A DNA stretch of 64,000 bases, from positions 359,372-423,371 of the forward strand of contig CAWCLO010000001.1 in assembly GCA_963796455.1 (NCBI GenBank), given 5' to 3'. A program made the position numbers and the translations under genes. The DNA comes from Candidatus Sulfomarinibacteraceae bacterium. Lineage in GTDB: Bacteria; Acidobacteriota; Thermoanaerobaculia; Thermoanaerobaculales; Sulfomarinibacteraceae. The notes beneath the pieces are model-generated. The model did no database searches. It was not told where the DNA came from and was given only the letters and a program-made list of their open reading frames with translations. Below, piece after piece: positions 53,243-61,657 of this stretch; within the stretch, counting starts at the first letter, position 1; each line of letters opens with the position of its first letter.

Positions 53243-55678
53243 ATGAAAATACTCATCGTGCCGCTGATCGTCTTGACGATGCTGCCACTCACCGTCGACG
53301 CTGCCGACCTACCCGGCAAGCTGGTGGATGCAACGACCAATATTCCGATCGCCGGGATCGAGGTCCTCGCCACAGCAGCGGGGGTCGACCTCCGGGCGAC
53401 GACAGACGAGACGGGCTCCTTCGTCCTTTCGCTGCCCGATCCGCCTCCCACCAGCCTCAGGGTGCACATCGACATCCCCGGCTATCAGCCCATCGACCTC
53501 AATGTCACCGATGTATCCACCACCCGATTGCTCTCACTGCAGGCGCAGCAGATTTTCGCCGGCGAAGTCGAGGTGACCGGTCTCCGGGCCGATGCCGGCG
53601 ACACGCCGATCACGGTCACCGATGTGGATCGCGAAGAAATCGAGAGCCTCTATTGGGCCCAGGACGTGCCGGTTTTTCTCCAGTCCACGCCGAGCTTCTA
53701 CGCCTACAACGATTCCGGCAACGGAATCGGTTACTCCTATTTCTTCCTTCGTTCCTTCGACATGCGGCGAACCGCGGTGAGCCTCAACGGAGTTCCACTC
53801 AACGACGCCCATTCGCACGGTCTTTTTTTTATCGATCTCGCCGACTTTCTGGCCACCACCGACAATGTCCAGATCCAGAGGGGCGTCGGCACCAACCTTT
53901 ACGGTGGTAGCGCGATCGGCGGATCTATCGATCTGCAGACCAGTGAGCCATCTGCCGAGCGACGGCTGCGGCTGGTGACTCTGGGCGGGTCCTTCGGCAC
54001 ATCCCGCCTCAGCCTCGCCTTCGACACCGGCATGCTCAACGACCGTTGGGCTGCGACTTTCAGGTACTCGAAGGTTCAGAGCGACGGCTACCGCGACCAG
54101 TCTTGGGTCGATATGTGGAACTACTTTGGCTCCGTCACCAGGTATGGCGAAAAAACGACCCTGCGCATCAACCTTTTCGGCGGGCCGCAGGAGACCCACC
54201 TCGCCTTCGAGGGCATCACGAAGGAATACCTCAACGGACAGGTCACCGGCGATGTCCGGAACGACCGGCGGTACAACCCCCTCGAGTACGCGGGAGAAAT
54301 CGACAGCTTTTTTCAACCTCACTACCAGGTCGTCCACGACTGGCAGGTCAACCAGGATCTCGTTTTTCGAAATACCCTCTTCTACTTCACGGGCGACGGG
54401 TACTTCCAACAGTTCAAACAAGACCGCTGGTTCCCTGAATACGGTTTGCAGCCATTTCCCGGGCCCGACGGCGAAATCATTGACGCCACCGATCTGATCA
54501 GGCGCCGCGAGGTCGACGAGTGGGACGGCGGTTGGATCCCGAATCTGGAATGGCGCCACGGAAACGGCCGGGGCTCTCTGCAATTCGGCGCCGCCATCAG
54601 GCTCCACAGCGGGCGCCATTTCGGTTCCGTTCAATGGGCTCAGTTCTATCCTCCGGATCTGGCGCCGGACCACCACTACTACGACTACATGCTCGACAAG
54701 ACCACTGTGCAGCCGTTCGTCCAGGAGAATTGGCGTTTCAACGAACGCTGGAACCTGCTCGCCGGGATGACCTGGACGTCGCACAAATATGACATGCACG
54801 ACGACCGGATCAACGATGTCGAATTCGAACAGTCCTACCAGTACCTCCTGCCGCGCCTCGGACTCGCTTTCCACCCGGATGCCAACTGGAGCCTCTACGG
54901 CAACATCTCGCGTGGCGGTCGAGAACCCGCCTTCCGCGATATCTACGATCCGCAGAGCTATTGGACGCCGCCGCCGCAGGACATCGACCCCGAACGGCTG
55001 ACCGACTACGAACTCGGCGCCAGCTATCGGTGGCAGACCGGAGCCGCGACACTCAATTTCTTCTATCTCGATTTTTCGAACGCTATCGTCTGGGCCGGCG
55101 GGCTCGACAACAACGGTGATCCAGTGACAGCCAATGGGGCGGTGACCGAGCACAAAGGTGTCGAGTTCGATCTCGACTGGTCACCTCTCCCACGCTTCAG
55201 CGGCAAACTGTCGATGGCCTGGGCCGACAACACGATCGTGGATTTCACCGAGTTCGGCTATGGCGGCGAGTTCTTCGACCACTCGGGCAATTCACTCCCC
55301 GTAAGCCCCGAATGGATGGGCACCCTCGAAATCCGCGGCGGCGCAGGACCGGTGGACGGTTTTCTCCAGCTGCGTTTCGTCGACGAGTTCTTCCTCGACA
55401 ACACCGAGGACATGCGGAAGTTCCCCGAAATCCGCGACGACCCGGATTACATCCATCGCGTCAACCCGGCTTACACGGTGCTCGATCTCGGGCTCGAAGT
55501 CGATCTGGGGCGAACGGTCGCCCATCTCATCAGCGCCCGACGAGTCAGTCTTCAGGTTCGCGCCAACAATCTGACCGACAAGCTCTATACGACCTTTGGT
55601 TACTTCGACGGCTATCAGCCGGTGTGGATACCGGCAGCGACCCGCAACGGCTATCTCGGTTTGACCTTCGATTGGTGA
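53243..55678 (+). CDS. TonB-dependent outer-membrane receptor (CarboxypepD_reg-like N-domain + plug + barrel)
   Basis: Signal peptide MKILIVPLIVLTMLPLTVDA. GKLVDATTNIPIAGIEV. Plug motifs (EEIESL...VSLNGVPLND). C-terminal GLTFDW aromatic end. Confidence 0.88.
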   Translation: MKILIVPLIVLTMLPLTVDAADLPGKLVDATTNIPIAGIEVLATAAGVDLRATTDETGSFVLSLPDPPPTSLRVHIDIPGYQPIDLNVTDVSTTRLLSLQAQQIFAGEVEVTGLRADAGDTPITVTDVDREEIESLYWAQDVPVFLQSTPSFYAYNDSGNGIGYSYFFLRSFDMRRTAVSLNGVPLNDAHSHGLFFIDLADFLATTDNVQIQRGVGTNLYGGSAIGGSIDLQTSEPSAERRLRLVTLGGSFGTSRLSLAFDTGMLNDRWAATFRYSKVQSDGYRDQSWVDMWNYFGSVTRYGEKTTLRINLFGGPQETHLAFEGITKEYLNGQVTGDVRNDRRYNPLEYAGEIDSFFQPHYQVVHDWQVNQDLVFRNTLFYFTGDGYFQQFKQDRWFPEYGLQPFPGPDGEIIDATDLIRRREVDEWDGGWIPNLEWRHGNGRGSLQFGAAIRLHSGRHFGSVQWAQFYPPDLAPDHHYYDYMLDKTTVQPFVQENWRFNERWNLLAGMTWTSHKYDMHDDRINDVEFEQSYQYLLPRLGLAFHPDANWSLYGNISRGGREPAFRDIYDPQSYWTPPPQDIDPERLTDYELGASYRWQTGAATLNFFYLDFSNAIVWAGGLDNNGDPVTANGAVTEHKGVEFDLDWSPLPRFSGKLSMAWADNTIVDFTEFGYGGEFFDHSGNSLPVSPEWMGTLEIRGGAGPVDGFLQLRFVDEFFLDNTEDMRKFPEIRDDPDYIHRVNPAYTVLDLGLEVDLGRTVAHLISARRVSLQVRANNLTDKLYTTFGYFDGYQPVWIPAATRNGYLGLTFDW

Positions 55679-55755
55679 CCCAAATGGCCGAGAATCCGAT
55701 TGCCGCAGTGCGACATGCCGCAGCTTGACGGAACAGGTAAGCTAGCTCCCATGTC

Positions 55756-56457
55756 GTGGAGCGGCGCATGATCAAGTCTATTATCACCTTCTCTCTCTTG
55801 GTGACGATCCGGATCTCGAGCCGGGTCTTTTTCAAGCTCAAGAACGCGTGGCCGGTGACTCCCGAGCCGGAGGACTACGCCAAGGGCACGAGAATCATCG
55901 CGGTGCTCAATCACACCAGCCTTTACGAACCGGTGATCGCCGGATACGCACCCTACAATCTGCTGTGGAAGTTCGCCCGCCACGGCGTCCTTCCGGTGGC
56001 CGAAAAGACCATGAAACGCAGGATCGGGATTTTCTTTGCATTCCTGGTCCGGCACACTGTTGTCGTCACCCGCCAGCGCGATCACACCTGGGACAACGTG
56101 CTCAACAAGGCAGATGACAAATCGATCGTGATCATCCTCCCCGAGGGCCGGATGAAGAGGGCCAATGGCCTCGATTCCAAAGGCCGCGAGATGACGGTCC
56201 GTGGAGGCATCGCGGACATCCTCGAGCCCCTGCAGAAGGGCCGAATGCTGTTTGTCTACTCGGGCGGACTGCACCACATCCAGGTTCCCGGCGAACTCCT
56301 CCCGACACCCTTCAAGACCATCAGCGTACAAATGGAGTTTGTCGACATCGCCGAGTACAAAGAAAGCCTGAAAACCCTCTATCCCGATATGGATTTCCGC
56401 AAGGCCGTAATCACGGACTTCACCAAACGGCGTGACAAGTACTGTCCGACCAACTGA
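55756..56457 (+). CDS. lysophospholipid/glycerol-3-phosphate acyltransferase-like protein (PlsC family)
   Basis: AVLNHTSLYEP (variant of the HX4D box region) and ILPEGRM (FPEGTR-like). Confidence 0.6.
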   Translation: MERRMIKSIITFSLLVTIRISSRVFFKLKNAWPVTPEPEDYAKGTRIIAVLNHTSLYEPVIAGYAPYNLLWKFARHGVLPVAEKTMKRRIGIFFAFLVRHTVVVTRQRDHTWDNVLNKADDKSIVIILPEGRMKRANGLDSKGREMTVRGGIADILEPLQKGRMLFVYSGGLHHIQVPGELLPTPFKTISVQMEFVDIAEYKESLKTLYPDMDFRKAVITDFTKRRDKYCPTN

Positions 56458-56493
56458 ATCTACTCCTGACTCGAGAACAGCGGTCGCAAATCA

Positions 56494-57063
56494 TCACAAT
56501 TTGCCGTTCAGCCGCGCCAGGAACAATGTCGCGATCGTTTTGCTGTCGCGAATCAATCCGTTACGGCAGGCCTCGAGCGCCTCCTCCACGGTCATGGTAA
56601 CGATCTCGATCGCCTCGTCCGGGTCGGGCTCCACATTTTCGGCCGGCACCAGATCCGTGGCCAGAAAGCAGTGGATCACCTCGTCGGTGAATCCCGGGGT
56701 GGTGAAGATCGGACCGAGGGAATGCATTGTGCGGGCGTGCCAGCCGGTTTCTTCCTCGAGTTCACGTTCAGCGCAGACCTGCGGATCCTCCCCGGGGTCG
56801 ATCTTGCCGGCCGGAAGTTCGAGAATCACCTCGGCGAGGGGGTAGCGGTACTGTTTGACGAAAACGACGCGATTTCCTTCGAGCAGTGGCAACATGACCG
56901 CCGCTCCCCGGTGGCGAATAACCTCTCGAAAAGCTTCGGAGCCGCTTGCAAGTCGTACCCGATCCACCTCGAGATCGAGGATTCTGCCTTCGTAGATTCT
57001 CTCGCCGTCCAGTTTGTGCTCGCAAAGATCTTCGATCGGCATGATCGTCCTCCCGAATCTCAA
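56494..57063 (-). CDS. NUDIX hydrolase (ADP-ribose pyrophosphatase-like)
   Basis: Nudix box GKIDPGEDPQVCAERELEEETG. Confidence 0.88.
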   Translation of the reverse strand: MRFGRTIMPIEDLCEHKLDGERIYEGRILDLEVDRVRLASGSEAFREVIRHRGAAVMLPLLEGNRVVFVKQYRYPLAEVILELPAGKIDPGEDPQVCAERELEEETGWHARTMHSLGPIFTTPGFTDEVIHCFLATDLVPAENVEPDPDEAIEIVTMTVEEALEACRNGLIRDSKTIATLFLARLNGKL

Positions 57064-57095
57064 CTCTGGTTGCTGCCAGTGTATTGCAGCGGCAA

Positions 57096-57124
57096 GAAAA
57101 AGGCGGGGGCACCCGGCCCCCGCC
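57096..57124 (-). terminator. rho-independent terminator after the giant-protein operon
   Basis: Minus strand reads GGCGGGGGCCGGGTGCCCCCGCC followed by TTTTTCTT. Confidence 0.7.
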
Positions 57125-57152
57125 TGCGGTGTCGATCGTGTCGTAAATGCGG

Positions 57153-57605
57153 TCAGGGCGCGCCCTGGAACTCCACCAGCTCGCCATCGCGGACCCGGAA
57201 CCAGCTTCCGCCATCGTGGCGGTAGGTGCCGGCAGGAATCTCGAGTTCCGCGTAGATCAAGATGCGGCGGTCAACCACTCGAGTACTGTGGGTGGTGAAA
57301 TCGCACGGTTGGCCTCCGCAACCAACGAGCCGTTGGATTCGACCCCCGGAAATCACCAACACGACGCCCTCGCGATTTTCATAACGGCCATCGCTCAGGA
57401 CATATCGCCGGCCATTTTTGTCAAAGAGAATCAGGCTCGAGTTTGCGTGGCTGACTCGTTCGACATCTACCGGTACTGACTCTCGAACAGCACTTTCGCT
57501 GTCGGTCGGGGAGGCCTCCGGCAGATCCTGGGCAACCGCGAAACCGCCCAACATCAGAACGAAGGTCAACAGGGTCAAAGGCAATCGGAGTTGATTGTCG
57601 CTCAT
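57153..57605 (-). CDS. small secreted protein, function unknown
   Basis: 150 aa. Signal peptide LTLLTFVLMLGGFAVAQ. 4-nt overlap with the upstream giant gene. Confidence 0.6.
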   Translation of the reverse strand: MSDNQLRLPLTLLTFVLMLGGFAVAQDLPEASPTDSESAVRESVPVDVERVSHANSSLILFDKNGRRYVLSDGRYENREGVVLVISGGRIQRLVGCGGQPCDFTTHSTRVVDRRILIYAELEIPAGTYRHDGGSWFRVRDGELVEFQGAP

Positions 57606-60600
57606 GGTGAAACTGCGCTCCAGTTCGTGAAATCTCCGCTCTCGAAACCGTCCCTGAAGACCGTCGGGTCGGTGACTCTCAGGGTCCCGAAGTAAAGATC
57701 GTCGAAGAACGCCTCGAAAACGGCCGTGTCGTCCGGCCGCTCCGTGACAAAAGAGACCAGTGCGGACGCCGCATCGACAGGCGCGGTTCCCTGCAGGAGC
57801 AACGCGCTCCAGAATGCGCCGGTATCCCCGACAATACGGTTGGTTTCCTGTTCGTCCCCGGTTTGGGCGTCGTCACAGAGGTCGCCGGTAAAGAACTTGA
57901 CGGTACCCAGCGCCGTTGGATCCGTGCCGCTGTCCGGAGTCATCAAAACCCAGCCCGAAAGCTGGAACTCACCGGTTGCTGAATCAAAGGCCACACACTG
58001 GGACACGCCGAAAACCAGACCCAGCGAAGCCGAAATGACGTCGATCGCAACCGAGTTGGAGTTGAACGCATTGCCGATATCGACATCGAATCCAGGAGCC
58101 ACATCAGAGGTCCCTTCCGGTGTATCGATCCAGAACGAAAGGTCACCGATATCGAGGTTGGGATTCAAGAGGGAGTTGAAAGATGTGATCTCGAAATCGA
58201 GGACGATATCGCCGCCCTCGACGTCGTTCCGATCTCCATCGAGGAGATTCCCCGATTCGTCAGCAAGCTCGTCGCAGATCACCAGGCGATAGTCAGACGG
58301 GGGCAGCGCAAATCGGCTGTTCAGAACCAGAGCCGCCGAAAAAGTCGGCTCGTCATAGACGACTGTGTCGACTGAAACCACCACGTCATCGCCACCCGCC
58401 GCCCCGCATGTCGCCGTTTCGAAGGAGGCGTTGCCACCTGGAGCCAGCAGTCTGAAATTCGAAATATTGCGGACGGAGTTCGGATGCAGAGGACTCACCG
58501 GATCGTACATCGACTCGTTGAATGAGACGACGATCTGCGTCACCGTCGTCGAAACGGCCTCTCCAAGATCCAGGGACATGTCTTCCAAGGAAGCAATGGT
58601 ATTGATTCCGCTCACAATCGGTGGGGCGGCATCCGAGGTCTCGATGATGAACGGCCCGAGAGGAACGATACCGGCGCTCCAGTTTCCGACCTCGTCCTGG
58701 GTGCAGAGTTGGAAGAAATAGCGTCCGTTGAAAAGACGCCCGCTCTCGACAACGATATCGCCAGGCAAATGCTCCACATCCTCCACCCCGGTACATTGCG
58801 GCGGTGGGGCCGAGCCCCCGACTCCCACCTCCACGAACCGGTATCCATAGCCGGCGACACCACTGAGAGTGTCGGCAGCGCCGCTCCATCGCATCGTAAT
58901 CCGAGTGTTCTCAGACGGTTCGTTGACTAAATGGCTATCGCTGACAACACTCGTTGGATTCGTGGGTGGTGAAAGATCGATCATGAACGGGCCGATGTGG
59001 AGGGTTGTCGTGCAATTCCCCACCGTGTCACAGGTCCTCAGGTGGAAGTAATGACTGACACCCTCGGCAAGAGCCGCGCTGTTTGTTCCGTGCGCATCCG
59101 AGGTGTGCTCGAGATCGATCACATCGTCCGGCAGCGTGGCAGGGGCGGTGTCGAAGAGGAATGAATAACCCGCGAGCCCGGCGTGCCCCTGGTCGACCGC
59201 ACCCGTCCACGCGATCCCGATCACCGGGTTGCCGCTCCAATCACCAACGGGGTGGCTGGTACTGATCAAACTGGTCGGGTCATTTGGCGCATCCAGATCG
59301 CGGACAAAGATCGCAACGGCATCGTCGAAGGTACCGGACACATAAATGTGCCGGTCGTCAGGGCTGACCGCAAGGCGAACCGCTCCAGACAAACCGTTGA
59401 CGCCGCCGGTCCCGTCCTTTTTGACCTCGATGAATTCGAGATCACCCGAGGGGCCGAAGCTGAAAACCGGCAGAGCCGCGCTGTTGAACGACGCGGCATA
59501 AAAGACCCGCCCGTCAAATGAAATCCTACAGTCGACCACATCGAGCAAACCGTTACCGGGAGTCGCAGCGGTTGCACCGACAAAACTGAGCTCACCATAA
59601 TCCGAATCGCCGTCATCGCCGTTTCTGGCGAAATGGGCGACCCCACCGTCGGCTCCTCGGCCGGTTGCATAGACATTCAATCCGTCCGGGCTGACGCTGA
59701 TCGACGAGGCCCCCTCGAGGGCCGTGATCAACGGGCTCCCGACACCGTTTGTGTAGGATTCGAGATATGTCAGCCGGCCAAAAAGAGCCGGCTCAGCCGA
59801 GTTGAGATCGCGTTGGAAAAGAGCCACAGAATCGGCCTGGCCGCCGGTGACATAGACGTGGGCTCCGTCCGGAGAGATGGCGACATCGCTCGCCCCGAGC
59901 AAGCCGGAAACTGCCGGTCCGAAATCGCTGGTGTCATCGATACCATCCACCTCGACCTCGACGAAGGTCAGTTCGCCGGTCGCGGCATTGCGTTCGAAGA
60001 CGGCGATGGAACCGACATCGGCACCGACCGCGTTTTCGCCCTTACCGATCACGTAGACATGGGTGTCCGGCAACTCCGGCATACCAGCCCCATCGGGATC
60101 CGGGCTCAAGAGAACAACTGAGGGTTCCTCGAGACCGTCAACTGTCTGTGAGTTCTGCGACTGGCCGTTCGAGATCAGTTGTTTTGGAGTGAGTTTGCCG
60201 AAATCGGGATCGCCGTCGATGATGTTCCGTTCAAAGACCGCAATGGAATCGTCAGCGCTGGAGACCACGTACACGAACTTACCGTCCGTGCTCACTGCAA
60301 CGTCTCGCGCGCCATCGAGGCCGTCGATCCCATTCACACCGTCCTGCAACGCTTCGACAAAGGTCAGATCACCAGTCGTTTCTTCGCGTTTGAAGAGCAC
60401 CAGGAAATCGGTTTCGGATACCGCGTAGAGGTGTTCTCCATCGGGGCTGACCGCAACACCCCAGGGCCCATCGAGACCCTGGACACCCTCGGTGCCGTTG
60501 TGCTGCTGGCCGCGGTAGACCAGGAAATTCTGGTCATCGAGAATTGTCGCCACCCCCTGGGCATCGAGGAGCGAGCCACCGACCGGGCCGCTCAAATTGA

Positions 60601-61651
60601 GGAAAAAGGTCTCGTCTTCCTCGTCCTCTTCGTCACTGAGAACGTCGACCACCACCGTCTCGACAAGAGAACCGATCGTGACCGTGGCGACACCGGAGTT
60701 GGAAAGATAGTCGGTGCCTGCTTCGGCCGTACCGTCAGCGGTTGCGAAAGCCACCGAAACATCCTGGTCCCAGACATGGGAAAGCGAAACCCTGAAGACG
60801 GCCTGTACTGTCGCCTCACTCTCCGTGATCGTGACATCAGAGACAGAAATCGATGGCGGTGTGTCGTCATCGAGGATGGTTCCGGTGCCGTGACTGTCTC
60901 CGATATCCGGATCAGTACAACCTGCGAGACCGGAACAGGAGGTCTCGGTGAGGTTGACGAGAAAGGTCTCGTCCGGCTCGATCGTTTCGTCACCGTTGAT
61001 GGTGACCGAAAGGGTCGCCTCGGTGTCTCCGGCCGCGAACTCCGCAACACCATTTTCCGGTTCGTAATCGTTGTCGGCTATGGTGGCCGTTTCGTTCGCC
61101 GTCGTGTAGCTCACGGTGACATCAAAATCTGCCGCTTCCGACATGGTGACCGTGAAGATCATTTCCTGAGTCCCGGCATCGCCTTCGACCAGTTGCGCAT
61201 CGCCGATGTCGACAATTCGGAGGCTGGCCGCGTCGGGGTCGATATCGAGACGGGTGACGCTCCCCCGGCTTCCGATCGTTTTTTGGCCCGCAACCTCACC
61301 GTTGATATAGAACCGGGCGAGATCTCCTACACGGGCGCTGTTCGGCAGCCTCGGCCCGAGTGAGTCCAAAGGGACCCGCAGGACGAACTGGGGACCGAGT
61401 TCCGGCCGCGACCCGATCTCGTACTTCGCGAGCACGGTCGGGTCATCGTTGATCGTGACCGTAACCTCTCCCTCATTCAAATCCTGTCCAAAATAGGTGG
61501 CCTTGCCCCAGAACAGGTGATCCGGCTCCGGGATCTCGGCGACCACCGGTCCGGTAACAACGAGCGTGACGAGGAAGATCGCACTCAGGGTCAGATTCCG
61601 CTTCGTCATCGTGTCCATCCTTTTTGTCACTGCATCGATCAACATCGTCAC
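57602..61651 (-). CDS. giant secreted protein: Calx-beta domains + 7-bladed lactonase-type beta-propeller + Ig-like/unknown C-terminal region
   Basis: Signal peptide LTLSAIFLVTLVVTGPVVA (the true start may be ATG 61609). Calx-beta-like blocks (FTVTMSEAADFDVTVSYTTANETATIADNDYEP...ATLSVTINGDETIEPDETFLVNL). Repeated GxxxVAVSPDGxHLYV propeller blades. Confidence 0.75.
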   Translation of the reverse strand: MTMLIDAVTKRMDTMTKRNLTLSAIFLVTLVVTGPVVAEIPEPDHLFWGKATYFGQDLNEGEVTVTINDDPTVLAKYEIGSRPELGPQFVLRVPLDSLGPRLPNSARVGDLARFYINGEVAGQKTIGSRGSVTRLDIDPDAASLRIVDIGDAQLVEGDAGTQEMIFTVTMSEAADFDVTVSYTTANETATIADNDYEPENGVAEFAAGDTEATLSVTINGDETIEPDETFLVNLTETSCSGLAGCTDPDIGDSHGTGTILDDDTPPSISVSDVTITESEATVQAVFRVSLSHVWDQDVSVAFATADGTAEAGTDYLSNSGVATVTIGSLVETVVVDVLSDEEDEEDETFFLNLSGPVGGSLLDAQGVATILDDQNFLVYRGQQHNGTEGVQGLDGPWGVAVSPDGEHLYAVSETDFLVLFKREETTGDLTFVEALQDGVNGIDGLDGARDVAVSTDGKFVYVVSSADDSIAVFERNIIDGDPDFGKLTPKQLISNGQSQNSQTVDGLEEPSVVLLSPDPDGAGMPELPDTHVYVIGKGENAVGADVGSIAVFERNAATGELTFVEVEVDGIDDTSDFGPAVSGLLGASDVAISPDGAHVYVTGGQADSVALFQRDLNSAEPALFGRLTYLESYTNGVGSPLITALEGASSISVSPDGLNVYATGRGADGGVAHFARNGDDGDSDYGELSFVGATAATPGNGLLDVVDCRISFDGRVFYAASFNSAALPVFSFGPSGDLEFIEVKKDGTGGVNGLSGAVRLAVSPDDRHIYVSGTFDDAVAIFVRDLDAPNDPTSLISTSHPVGDWSGNPVIGIAWTGAVDQGHAGLAGYSFLFDTAPATLPDDVIDLEHTSDAHGTNSAALAEGVSHYFHLRTCDTVGNCTTTLHIGPFMIDLSPPTNPTSVVSDSHLVNEPSENTRITMRWSGAADTLSGVAGYGYRFVEVGVGGSAPPPQCTGVEDVEHLPGDIVVESGRLFNGRYFFQLCTQDEVGNWSAGIVPLGPFIIETSDAAPPIVSGINTIASLEDMSLDLGEAVSTTVTQIVVSFNESMYDPVSPLHPNSVRNISNFRLLAPGGNASFETATCGAAGGDDVVVSVDTVVYDEPTFSAALVLNSRFALPPSDYRLVICDELADESGNLLDGDRNDVEGGDIVLDFEITSFNSLLNPNLDIGDLSFWIDTPEGTSDVAPGFDVDIGNAFNSNSVAIDVISASLGLVFGVSQCVAFDSATGEFQLSGWVLMTPDSGTDPTALGTVKFFTGDLCDDAQTGDEQETNRIVGDTGAFWSALLLQGTAPVDAASALVSFVTERPDDTAVFEAFFDDLYFGTLRVTDPTVFRDGFESGDFTNWSAVSP

Positions 61652-61657
61652 CGCCCC

